DNA of 64,000 bases from Takakia lepidozioides (Eukaryota > Plantae > Bryophyta): positions 28,024,001-28,088,000 of the forward strand of contig CM060733.1 in assembly GCA_030704615.1 (NCBI GenBank). The letters are read 5' to 3'. A program made the position numbers and the translations under genes. The notes below the pieces were generated by a model. The model was not told the origin of the DNA. It worked only from the letters and a program-made list of their open reading frames with translations, and did no database searches. This document shows, piece after piece, positions 38,283-50,518 of the stretch (position 1 is the stretch's first letter; each line of letters opens with the position of its first letter).

Positions 38283-40790
38283 ATGCCGCCGTCAAATTGT
38301 GATCAAATTGAATTTCAATTTAGGCACTATAACTGCAGAGGCGGGCCATTTTCGAAATGGAGTTTTCGAGGGAAATATCCACATTTGCTTTCACGTTCAG
38401 TTGGTACCAAAATGGCGAACGAATTCCATGCTTTTCAGGCATTTCGATTGTTATCTGATAGTGATTTGGGAAGTAATCATGAGAATGTTCAGTTTGTGAG
38501 TAGTGATTCTGATCGTGAATACCATGGGAGGGAAATTCATAATCGACAGATACCGCGATCAACGACGACTGATCAGCCCGATAGTGAGTTGAGTGATTCA
38601 GGGAGTGATTCGTTAGATAATCTTGCAAATTATGAGTGGGCGCAAAATCCATATGAGAATGTTGAGATCCAGTGTGGGCAAGGTGGAGGTTTCAAAATTG
38701 ATGACGATGGCACACAGGGAGTTCACAGTTGTGGGCTTAATGATCCACCGATGCCCGATCCCATATCCACTCCCGTTCCAAATTTAGACTGCACAGAAAA
38801 TGCAGACGTGACACTTGACTCCATTGATGCACTTGCTACCAAATATGCTAGACAATCACATGGAGCTCCTCATCTGAAGAAGAACGGGAACTGGACAAAC
38901 AATTCATTGAGATTGGCGATGAATGTTGTGGGGGCAGGAATGGCAATTCGAGTGGCAAGCAGGCAATGTCCCTATGACAAGCCTGCGAAACCATTTATAT
39001 GGAGTAACAAGAACCAGAAAGCGGGGAATCAAACAAAGAGGAAGTTGAACTGGTAAATTACTTTATAAAGATGCAGGAGTATGGGCACCCGCTGACGTTA
39101 ACACAGTTGCGCTTGAAGGTCGCAGAGATTTGCCAGGAACGCCAAACACCATTCAAAGACGGTATCCCAGGGTGTGGTTGGGTTAGATGGTTCAAAAAGA
39201 GGCACCCAGAACTTTCTTTGCGGCATTCCCAGGGCTTGGAAACGGGACGTGCCAAGGGACTTTGTCCAGCCAATGTCCAATCATTTTATGATAACCTAGC
39301 TGAAGTATACAAGAAACACAACTATTCACCAGAGAGGATTTGGAATTGCGATGAATCAGGGGCTCAAGCAGGGAGGAACGGAGGAGCTTTAGTCATTGTC
39401 AAGAAGGGTTCCAGAAGAGTCCATTCAATTATACCAGACGAGAGGGAATGGCTCTCGGTACTGTCATGTATGAATGCAGGTGGCGGAAAGATTCCAAATT
39501 TCTATATTTTCAAAGGCAAAAGGTTCAGATGGAATTACATAATTCGTTGTGAGAGCGGTGCAACTATGGCGACGCAACCGAAGGCTTGGATGACCTCCTT
39601 CTTGTTCTCAAAATAGATATCTCACTTCATTACAGCAGCTGAACGTCTCAGGAATGCCATCACACCACAGAATCGGCACCTGCTCATTCTCGATGGACAC
39701 AATTCACACGTCACTATTCATGTCGTCAAGAAAGCAAAGGAGGTGGGCCTAGATCTCCTTCCTTCACACACATCACATGCCATGCAGCCCTTGGATGTGT
39801 CCGTGTTTAAGTCATTCAAGACAAACTTTAGAGCATTTCGAGATGTCTGGGCAGCTGCTAATAAAGGAGCTACAGCTGCAGACTCTACTGAACCATTCAA
39901 TGATTATGTCGCGCATCTCACTTCGGTAAGCTCCCCTTCAAGTCATAGTTACTCGCTTCGATGCGCTCGTCTAACTCCCAACCTGGCCGCCGGGCCAACT
40001 CGGAGCTTCGGCTGCTCACCGGGACATAACGGTCCTCCTTTACTCTTCCCAGAAACCCTCCACCAATTTGGGCCTAATGGAAATTCCCTTTGGTGGATGG
40101 CAGTCCGGAACCCACCCACCACGGTCCCATTGGACCGTGATGAGTCCCAAGACTCCCCATGACTCCCACCACAAGGTCTTCGCCCCCATGGTGAGTCCTA
40201 TTGCACCCCCACTAAGTCCCACTAAGCTACCACCACCCCTCGTGGAACCACCCCCACCGCAACCCGGTGTGCGGGGCTCCACCTAGTGAGCGCCTCCGCC
40301 TCCCTTGGGCACTCAAAGGTGCTTCAGCCCCCGCATCTATTGTCGCCACTGCCCCCACCACAGGGGCAGCCCCTCTCGTGTCCCGACCCCTTGCCCTCAA
40401 GGCAAAGGGCCGCGACAACTAGGCTTAGGGAAGAACAGAGGGCAGCATTAGTTTTGGCCAAGGAACGAAGGGCAGCTGAGAAGCTTGATAAAGAAAATGC
40501 AAAACGCCAGAGGGGTGAGGATCAGCAGGCCATGAAATGATTCAATGAGGCCTGGTCTGCAAAGTCATGCACTGCAACTGGAGAGAGGCTCCACGAGGCG
40601 ATCAGAACACAAGCACCAATCCCTCCTAGCGCATACAGAGGAGTGTATTGCGGGAATGTTCCTCCCATTTGTCGAAGGAACATGAAAATTTCTATTCAAC
40701 GTAGAGCAGTGAGGAAAGCCGGACAAGACATTTCAAACTTGCAGCTCATAGAACCTCCCTGGGTGTACAGACCATCTAATCAGAAGTGAA
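38283..40790 (+). pseudogene. Degenerate pogo/Tigger-like (Tc1-mariner superfamily, DDE_1) transposase, interrupted by a solo LTR
   Basis: HTH-psq-like GNWTNNSLRLAM..., CENP-B HTH (LRLKVAEICQERQTPFKDGIPGCGWVRWFKKRHP), IWNCDESG, LILDGHNSH and LPSHTSHAMQPLDVSVFKSFK. Frameshifts and a stop at about 39614. Confidence 0.88.
39907..40417 (-). mobile_element. Solo LTR (internally deleted) of the gypsy family at 59864
   Basis: TGTCGCG...CGCGACA termini; reverse complement of LTR 59864-60601 lacking the central ~200 bp. Flanks GATTA / ACTAG do not form a TSD. Confidence 0.9.
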
Positions 40791-42863
40791 AGGTTGCGGT
40801 TATTCAAGGCTTCCAGATCTGAAAGGATGCAAGACATGAATGACTAACATCAGATCTAAAGGATGCAAGACATGTAGGACTTACTTACCCAAACTCCAAC
40901 ATACCCTAGACCCAAACTTAGAAATTTGAAGGTTTGCATTGGCTATTCTCTGGTTATTTTTTGATGTGCAAATATGGTGGCTATTTGAGCTCGTGTGTTC
41001 CTACGTGAGGCTTTGACTGTTAGACAATCCCTTGACCTGGGGGCTCCAAAAACTAAGTTCACACCATTGCTCACCAACTTAGATCTCATTTTATTTTATT
41101 GCTGGAAGGTCCTGATATGGGTTTCTAATTGAATGCAATAGTATTTGTCTACAGGCTGGCTGGCACTGCAACCTTTTCATTTTGTGGTTTTTCTCTATTC
41201 TAGAAACGTTCCTTGCTACTGGAAAATGGATACTAGCCATTGTTTCCCATAACTTAGATGGCAGGATTCCAGCAGGACTCAATGGGAGCAATGAGTTAGA
41301 ACACGATGCAGATGGGAGTGACCTGCAAATTTGATTTGATCACATGGTGGCTAGCCAATCTATCTAATTCACTTGGAACTAGTGTGGTGTAACTATTGTG
41401 GAATGATCTTTGTTTTTAGGTTTAAATCCACCGGTCCTGTGAAAAATCTCAGCTGTTTCAAGTTATTTTTAGTCCATTGAATCCTAGCCAGCTTTCAGTG
41501 TGTAAAACCAGAAAATGTACTTAGGGCTTCCACACAAATTTCACAGAAGTATTTTCTATCATCAATCAAGAGAACTTTGTACAAATTTTGTGAGGTTAAC
41601 ATATCTTGGAGCTTGCCAAACAATTTTTTCACAGTAGATATCTTGTCCTCCATTGGCAGATATTTCTGCACATATCAAATGGAGGAAGAGACGAGAATGA
41701 GATCTGCTGGTTAGGTGTAGAAGATGGGTTTGCAGTTGTGGATGCAATGCGAGAAGTTGGCTCACGGCCCTCACGCATGGCGCTGCAAGCTCTCCTGACT
41801 ACATCAAGCTATATATGTGTCTATGAAACAGAGAGTGTCCTGAACTAGTCGTAGTGACTGTTAGCTAAGGTGTACCCTCAGGTCTCAGTCCAGTCTTCAG
41901 AAAACCACTTCTGGTAGGCTGCATCTACCAGGAAATGACCCTCAACCCGACATTCACTGACCTCTCACAACCAGCGACAAAGTTGACTGCAAAATTAACT
42001 AATTAATTGATCAAATCAGACACTGTTAATTAAGGCACCTTCTTCAACACATTTCATCATGTTTTGCCCTCTTAATATGACATGGTCCTCAACACTTTTG
42101 GCCTGAGAAGTAAGGCAGTTGTGAGCACATCGTTTTGTAAGGTATCGGATACATGAAGTCTGATTATACCAGAGGTTTCATTCCTAGTGCGCGAGCAGTT
42201 GATCGGATTCCTAACTCTATGTTCGTAACTCTAACCTAAGGCTAGACTGGTCAATTTAGTTCTTCTCAATTGTAGATCATACTGGCGGGAGAAGGAATCG
42301 AAACTGGCGGGAGACCGGATCATATCTTGTGATGAGCGATCAGGTTTACGTTTCTGATCAGTTTTAGGAAGCGAGGAGATTAGTTTTCTCACGCCATCTG
42401 ATTATGTTTGAGCAACTTCTGGTCTGATTTTGGCTAGTGGTAGATCACCATCCATATGGACCTGATCAGTTTGGTACTTAATCGAACTCAGGTTACTAAA
42501 AGAGGAAGGTTTATTTTCTATAAGTACACGAGCAGTTTGCTGGCAGGAGTTGTGCACATTTTTTATATGTAAGAGACAAACAACTTACACGTTAAGGACA
42601 CTGCAGTGTGAGTGTTCGGTTGATTTCTGGTCCAGAATAGAGCCCTTTACTGGTCCACAATGGGTGTTTTCTGTATTCGCACTTTGAATAATCAACAATA
42701 TTACGGTTTTTGACATTTGATTTTTGTTTGTTCTGCAACAATTCTTATTTACATTTGCCAATATCAGTACCAAAAATGCATATCTCAACTTTGTTGTGTT
42801 TCTTAAATGAGCCAGAATAGGTTCATCTACCTTACCTTCCCTTGATCCAACAGCTCCAACCAG

Positions 42864-42899
<36 letters not shown>
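42864..42899 (+). repeat. Poly(A) tract (about 36 nt)
   Basis: Uninterrupted A run. Confidence 0.9.
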
Positions 42900-42901
<2 letters not shown>

Positions 42902-43429
42902 CAAAACAAAAAGAAAATGTCGGATGCGGGAGGATGACGGGGGGATGACAGAGATAGCAAAGTGGCCCATTCTAAGAAAAATCTTGTTTCTTTTGAACTT
43001 CCTAAGGCTGTCTGGTTCAGAGTTCAGACCAGTGTTGGGCGGGTATATATGTTGACATATATACCCGGCCGGGTAATAGTCAGGGTATTATACTATTGAG
43101 ACCCGCCACCCAAGTTTTTGGTGGACCCGGCCTGAGTTAGAACCGGTCAGGGTCATCTCGCCACTTAACCGGCCCAAGCTGGAACCGGTGGGGGGCAACC
43201 TGGCTTACTACATGGAACCTGACTGGAACCTTGAAAAGCAGCCGGGTATCAACTTTTGAAGAAGACCTTGAGATGTGATTACAACCGAGCTGCATTCATG
43301 AGTAGTGATTATGCAGCCGCCTTCCGAAGATCTCTATCGTGTTAATTCTTTGAGCGCCAAATTCGATGGCAGACCAACATTGTTACGAGCTTAGAGTCTA
43401 CAACCTCTGGGTTCCCTCCGGGAAATCAT

Positions 43430-45600
43430 GGATGAGCAAGCTAGTTGTGCCTTGCAAGCATATGAAATCCCTGCATCATCCAACATTTTACCACATGATG
43501 ACACTAAGGTTGAGCAGATTGGGCATGATCTTGCTATCGTGGATGAGGTTCTCGAAGATCCGCAAATCGAACCTGCACAACAGCAGCTCCTTGTTTTGCA
43601 AGCACAGGGCAAATTCTGGAAACCACACAATAGAGGCTCTGTCTGTTGTCACTGCCATTCGCAAGCATGTTGACGTTGCTCATCCGGAATTGCTTGCTAC
43701 GATGAAAGCGCATTTGGCTGCAAAGGCATCTGCGAAGCTCGAGCACAACCATCAAGCAAGTAAGAAACGAACTTTGCCTACAGGTTGTGCCATTACATCA
43801 TACTTTGGGTCCACAAATCCTTACAAGCAAACAGATGAGCAGCAAGTGCAATTTTTGGAAGACTTTACACTTTACATTGTTAAAAGTTACAGGGCCCTCT
43901 CATCTGTTGAAAGTTTGTAGCTTAGAAGATTGGTTTTGAGGCGGTGTCCTCGTGTCATATTTCCTTCTCGGAGACAATTTGTGGACGAGGTTTTGCCGCC
44001 AATGGTTGCTAAGACGATGGATCGTCATGTGTTGCCTTCCCTTGGAAGTTGTGTCTCTGCATCTGCCAGCTTCGATTTATGGATGAGCAGGGGTGGAGTC
44101 GACACTTTTGCCTTGGTAATCAATTTTATTAGTTCTGAGTGGGTTCCTGTTCATGTTACTGTGGGTCTATTTGAAGTGTCTAACACATCAGGGGCATCGA
44201 TGGCAGTTCAGTTGAAAACCTTACTCAACAGTTTTGATTTGACCAGACGCATTATTGCCTTTGTCAAGAGTGAAGGAGGTAATTTGAGCACAATGGCTGC
44301 CGCTCTAAGATCTGTCGTATCATGCGATGTTTTGGAATCCCTTACAGTTTTTGAGGGCACATGCTTTGCACATGTGATGTCTAAAGCATACCAATACGCA
44401 ACAAATGAGGCCAAAGATTGTGTAGATTTCAAGGAGGTTTCAGTTTCTAATGCTCAAGCGTCACTACAAAAAACAATCACATGGACCAAGAAAAGTGGAA
44501 ATGGTAGAATTGAGTGGAACAAGGCCTGTGTGGATTCAGGGTTACGGCCTCGGAAACTGAAAACTCCGGTCAAAACCAGATTTGCATCAAAGGTGATAAT
44601 GTTTGAAGAAACCATGGAGTTCAAAGAGGCCATTATCACTTGTTATGGTCGTCAAAGTCTGACGCTCCAACAAAGAGTTCCTAAGCCCCAAATTTGGGCT
44701 ATTACAGAGGTGTTACAAATTCTTTGAAATCTGTCGTGACAGCTTGTGTGGCAAACCAATCTCGAGGTCATTGGTTACTTTCTGATGCACTCAATGCGTC
44801 CATATCCATCTCAATTATCATGCAAAGGGAGATACAGTTGGAGTTTGATGGGGAGACCGCCAGATGTGTTCGAATTGGAGCTTCTCTTACTGAAAAGCAG
44901 GATACGGCAAGAGGTGTTACATGTTCTCAAACCTTTCCTTGCATTTCTACAACATTTTGATGCACGCAAGGCACATAACATGTTTGCGCTTCTGTTGGAT
45001 CCTTGTTTCAAGGGGCTGAAACTTGTGTCAAATTATGTGGGCCATGAGGCTACTGTACAACTTGTTCAAGACTATGACCAAAAATGTCTATTGCCTTTAC
45101 TGATGGTTTGTTTTAAGCGGTTGAACTAGGCTACACGCGAGTCTGAAGTTGTTTCATCTCCTGAAACATATGAGGACAACAATATGTTTGGTGTGGGAGC
45201 ATCAAACGAAGAAGCAAGTGCTGCAATAGTGAAGGTTGAACTTTCATTATTTCGGCGATTCATTGTTCATATAACTACAACAACCGATCCCTTGTTATGG
45301 TGGCGTGATCACGAGCATCAATTTCCCAACGTTGCATATCTTGCCAAACAAATCTTTGACATCCCGGGGTCCCAAATTGAGACCGAACGAGTTTTTAGTC
45401 TTGCAGGTGTCCTCACATTACTCCGTCGTTGTCGTTTGCAGGTTGAGAATCTTGACAGGCTGGTTATGGTGATCAAAAATTGGCCAGATGACCCTTGATA
45501 TGATTGTAAACCTAGAAGGGATTTGAAAGATTTCATGGTTGGAGAGGCAACCCTAGCCGAGGATAACTATGATGTCATAGAAGAAGCAGGTTTTTTTTAG
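43430..45600 (+). pseudogene. Degenerate hAT (Ac/ZBED-like) transposase
   Basis: SASFDLWMSRGG (first catalytic D), TCFAHVMS (CxxH), TPVKTRFAS, LLLDPCFK, and hATC dimerisation domain PLLWW..HEHQFPNVAYLAKQIFDIPGSQIETERVFSLAG. Multiple stops and frameshifts. Confidence 0.92.
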
Positions 45601-47044
45601 GATTTGAGCCTTTCAGATCATGGCCACATGATTAGCTAGTTGGACTAGCCAATTGTACTTGGGAACACCTCACATCTGCTTTTCTGGTGCGGATATGACA
45701 GAAGGAGGTATGTAGAAAAAGTTGGATTGGTGCAGTTTGAAGGTGCCTAAACCAAGCTTTATGATATCATAAAGTCCACATGAACACTACATGTTGTTGG
45801 AATGGCATAAGTACTCTCTCTTTCTCACTTCTCTTTCTTTCTTTCTTTTTCTCTCTCTCTTTCTTTCTTCTCCCTACCCTCAAGGTCTGTGACAGATTCA
45901 ATTGAGGTTTGAAAACTAGATGCTTCTGATGTCTCTACTTGTTCATTTCATAAATTGTTTCTATGGCTACATTTCTACCCTAGCTATTGAGCAGTACTTT
46001 CTCATTAACATGCCAGATTATACTATCGTGCTGAGGGCACGTGGGTTTCTTCTAGTTTTCTTAAACAAATGCAATTCCTGCACGACAGTTGCACTGGTCC
46101 AGGTTTGAATCTCTTGATGAATGGTTGTTTGTTGAGAGCTTGTTAGGTTAACCACCTTTCTTTTTATTAATCTGCTTTCTTTTGTCTCATAAGCTCTTTG
46201 AGCTTCCTTGATGTTGTAGGTTCATTTCTTTTTCTGCTTTCTCATTTCCCGAGTCTATGGTCTCAAAGCTGCAACTTGCAGCAAACAGTCTCACAAGTAC
46301 ATTTTCATTTTCTATGTGGTTGGTGGAGCTTTGGCACTTGCATCGCTGTTTATCTCAACCAAGAGCTTATAGCACTGTCACAAAGTCCACATAACCAGGC
46401 CATGCTCTGATACTGAAGCTAAAGTCTTTACACGTCTATTGCCCAAATTGTGGAGTTGCTCTGTTGTTGTAGGCTGGAGGCGGAGATGAGTGCAGCGTGG
46501 ATCGGTTTTTGGCACAACATATTGTTGTTGGTTACTACTTCATGATGGTGGTCATTGGCCACAAGGCTATGGCAAACACCGTCTTACGAGTACATTCTCT
46601 CTCCCTCTCCCTCTCTCTATCTCTTTCTCTCTAGCAGTTGTGGCAAACATGTTATGAGTAAATTCTCTTCAGCAATTGTGGGCAAATGGCAACCTCGGCA
46701 GTCTGAAATTAGCATTGTGTTTTGACGATGATGTTAGTTCACCTTATATCCACATGCCCTTCATCAGATTGTCATTGGAGCTATGGCAATTTTGGGGTGA
46801 GTCTCATGTATCAGGGTGGGCTGAAACAATGCTACTTTTAGGTGGTAGGGAGTCCAACTGCCACCCAAAGGATTTTGAGGTCCAAAGGCAAGACCAAGCC
46901 AAGTCCCTGAACCTCATATTTTGAAGTTGAAGTCCACCTCTCTCATATGCAAGAAAGACTAAATACAGGTTTTCACATGGGGCAGGATTGTCCCTGAAGG
47001 TAGGGCTATTTCTGATGGATATGATTGCAGATCACTTCTCAGAA

Positions 47045-47481
47045 TATGTGGACATTCTCAATGCATGTGCCAGCCCAGCAGCACTCGGACAGGGCAAACG
47101 GCTACACGCCGACATAATCAGAGCTGGTTTTGAATCAGATGTCCAAGTGGGGACTGCACTTGTCTGTATGTATTGCAAATGTGGGTGTGTGGGGGATGCG
47201 CGTGTCGCATTTGACACAATGCCTGAATGAGATGTGGTCTCATGGACTGGGATGATAGCAGGATATGCTCACCAAGGGCACAATGAAGAGGCTTTGGACC
47301 TCTTTCAACAAATGCAACTAGAAGGCATAAAGCCAAACAACATCACCTTCATCAACGCCCTCAATGCGTGTGCCAGCCCGACCACCCTAGAAATGGGCAA
47401 GCAGATTCATGCAAGCATCATCAAAGCTGGATTTGTGTCAGATGTCCAAGTGGGGTTGCTCTTGTCAGCATGTATTGCAGA
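47045..47481 (+). pseudogene. PLS-class pentatricopeptide repeat gene fragment (about 4-5 motifs)
   Basis: YVDILNACASPAALGQGKRLHADIIRAGFESDVQVGTALVCMYCKCG...FDTMPE*DVVSWTGMIAGYAHQGHNEEALDLFQQMQLEGIKPNNITFINALNACAS...; in-frame stop at 47228-47230 and a frameshift near 47455. Confidence 0.92.
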
Positions 47482-48839
47482 TGGGAGTGTGGTGTTTGTG
47501 TGCAGCTGAATTCTTGTGCTACCATCTCCTGTGGGGACATACCCCACCACTGCCCAAAATTTGTCAGTCTAGCAAATAAAGGTCAGGGGCTTCTATGGAA
47601 ATGCATCCCTGGTGATGATGCTTGTTGTGTCTCTTTGTTGGTACTGTTATTGGCGTCTGGGTCCTAATTTGATCCATAGAGGAATTGAAATAATTACCTG
47701 TATCAGAAGTTGTTGTACAGTGATACGGTGAGGATTTTTTGTGCATCAAACAAATAGAGAGGGCCCAGGGGTCAAGTTGTTTGGTAGGTCCTTGTTGGGG
47801 GTAATATACTCTAATGGGTTGTGATGTTTTGTAGGCTACCACATAATCAGATTTGAGGTGATATGTAACCAGATGGCAATGTCCGAGCTTCTATTTCGAA
47901 ACATATTAGATGCTTCCTCACTGAACAGGTGCTTGGTGATCTCTACGGGCTAAGGATTGACAAATGTGAATGGCCATGACTGGGACAGATGCGGAGTATT
48001 TGGAATGTCAGATCTGAATATTCAGTTGAGCCTGCCAAGCGCATCAGCCATGACTAGCCATGACCGTAGCAAGCCCTGCCTTTCATGACTACATTGCTAT
48101 GTGCTATTTAACCCTTTTCCTTACAACTATAGGCAAGATTAGAATCTTATAGCACTGATGTTGTATGGAAGGCAAAAAAGCCTAAAGGATGTGGTTATGG
48201 TGTAAGTTGTCTCCTGAAAACTCATGCTGTTTTCAGAAAAGTAAGATGCCATGACCAGCGACACTCTATAATCCACAGTTTTTGAATCGTGCATTTACAT
48301 GAGCAGGATTGCTGTGATGGCACATAGAAGCAAGCACGACAAATTTATTTCCATTTCTAGAGATATGAAATACAATGATACTGTGACTCTTCCTATCTCT
48401 TTCATTTTTGTTTCCTTTTTCTTTTTTTGGGTCTTCTTGATGTGACTCTCCATATCTCTTTTTTTTCCCCTTTCTTTTTGGTCCTCTTGAAATCTTAATA
48501 TATAATAACTGAAAATCAGGTTATATTGATAACCGATGTATGGACCCGGTGCCGTTCCACTTGGATAATGGCATATTGATAACTGGGAGATTTTGTTTTT
48601 GGGGACCCTTCTATTGATAACCTCTAACCGCCACAATTTCCAAACCCCTACATTATATATAACCGCCTCCATTCCGCTTTAAGCAAAGATGCCTTACTCG
48701 GACCCTTCAATATGCCCAAATTGTCATACCCGCCCAATAGTGGTTCAGACCAACATTACTCTACAATAATGACGACAACCAACATGTAGCCCAGTGGTAA
48801 TGGGCACATACCACGTTGGATGTGGTTGTGGGTTCAAAC

Positions 48840-49995
48840 CAGTGTTGGGCGGGTATATGAATTACCCTGATATACCCGCCGGGTATATCAAGGTGTATTG
48901 ATATATATTTACCCTGGTGTGGCAAGTTTAGGTACCCGGATATATGCCCTTATATCACGGTATATTTTTATGATATACCCTTATCCTTATATTACCCTCC
49001 TACTTCCCTGAAGGGGTATATGTTAAAATGAAGGGTATATCTAATGAGGGTATATAAGGGCCTTATGTGCCTTCATAGCCTTTATGTGCTAGGTCTTTTC
49101 TCTTTTTGTTGTGTTGTTAGGGAGCCTTGAGCTATAAGAAAGCTCCAATCACAGCTAAAACAAATGCTACATATATATCATTCCTTAAATGTCATATAAT
49201 CCCAACAATGCCTTTTCAGATCTCGCATATATATATATATATAAGAAAACCTGACAGCCCACAATTTAGGTCCTTGAGGGGTTTTTATTTATTTATTTAC
49301 TTAAGGAAATATGGGAGTGACAGCCCACAATTCAGGCCCTTGAGGAGGGGGAAAGATTAACCCCCTTTCATTTATGGGCCATGAGACCTACAAGACGATC
49401 AACGCCCAAACATACCGTCACACAAACAATCCCACACACGGGGGAGGGCAGCGGGTTCGAACACCTAACCACCTGAGTGACACACACTGTGCACTTACCA
49501 GCTGAGCTACCAGCCGACGTGCTTTTTTTTTAATCTCAAACCTCCTCCATCTTGCATTGGAAAATTAACACCAAAATATTATGCAATATCTTATCAATTT
49601 TCTCTTTTACCTAAGATTTTTTATTTTTTTTGCTTTTTTTGTGTTTTGTACATATTGAAGAACATCTTGTGAGCAGTCGCTCCCAGGTTTCCTTTTTGAA
49701 AAAAAAGAAAAGAAAGAAAGAAAACTTCATATATTCCTTTAAACCATTAAATTATATATTAATGGAAATAACTATCCATACTCAGAAACTATTCATACCC
49801 TCAGGGTATATTTTGGCATATATATCCATACCCGGGGGTTATATAGAAATCTGAAAAGTTATTTTACCCATACCTGGAGGGTAAATGATTTTTTGAGATT
49901 TCAATTTATCCATACCCGGAGGGTAAATGATTTGACAAAAATAATTTACTTATACCCTAAGGGTATATTGAAATCAATATACCCGCAGGACACTG
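48840..49995. mobile_element. hAT-family MITE (1156 bp), same TIR family as 43030
   Basis: TIRs CAGTGTTGGGCGGGTATAT / ATATACCCGCAGGACACTG. Perfect TSD GTTCAAAC at 48832-48839 and 49996-50003. Many subterminal ATACCC/GGGTAT motifs. Confidence 0.93.
49350..49522 (-). mobile_element. tRNA-derived SINE nested in the hAT MITE
   Basis: Minus strand: A-box TAGCTCAGCTGGTAAG and B-box GTTCGAACCC. Adjacent duplicated TGACAGCCCACAATTYAGGYCCTTGAGG at about 49252 and 49318. Confidence 0.7.
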
Positions 49996-50486
49996 GTTCA
50001 AACCACGGTCTGTCACAAGGCATTTGACAGGCAAAAAAAGGCAAAAAAAAAAAATGGAGCATGTCAAAAGAAAGGCAATGAGAAAAAAATGCCTGTCACA
50101 GAGAAAGTAAGAAAAAAAAATAGCCTGTCAAAGGAAAGGCAGAAATTTCTGATAATTAGGGGTAATTTGATTACTAAGTCAACCTAGGAGAGGCTCACAA
50201 AGCCTGAAAGCTACAAATGAATAGAAAATCTGCAGAGATTACTGATAGTTATTAGCGATTTTATTAGTAGAGGCTAAAAAAGGTACAAATTGTTAGTAGT
50301 TTTTGTTAATCTTACTATTAAGTCCACCTAGGGGAGCCCCACCGAGCACTGCCAGCAGTGTTTTTCTTAGGAAAATTTGGAGAACGGCACGAGTGGCTAC
50401 AGAGTTTTGCAGAAAATAACAGTATATTCTGTTCATCCACTGAAATCATCCACTTCTGCCATGAAAAACATGGGACTTTCGACAGA

Positions 50487-50518
<32 letters not shown>

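Larger units (their letters stand above)
43030..48742 (+). mobile_element. hAT DNA transposon (5.7 kb) with degenerate transposase and captured PPR fragment
   Basis: Left TIR CAGTGTTGGGCGGGTAT; right TIR ATACCCGCCCAATAGTG. Identical 8-bp TSD GTTCAGAC at 43022-43029 and 48743-48750. Subterminal ACCGG/CCCGG motifs. Confidence 0.9.
48783..50010 (+). mobile_element. tRNA-like/SINE head split by a hAT MITE
   Basis: A-box TAGCCCAGTGGTAA (about 48787) and B-box GGTTCAAACC (48831-48840). The sequence resumes as GTTCAAACCACGG at 49996. Confidence 0.55.

Noticed and set aside
41606-41848. Weak cyclophilin-like phrase VEDGFAVVDAMREVGS and a possible retrocopy ending at the poly(A) at 42864
   Set aside because: No other cyclophilin motifs and no TSD found around the poly(A).
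49440-49522. tRNA genes at the A/B-box sites (also about 34700-34780 and 48785-48840)
   Set aside because: No convincing cloverleaf or acceptor stem; context indicates SINE heads.
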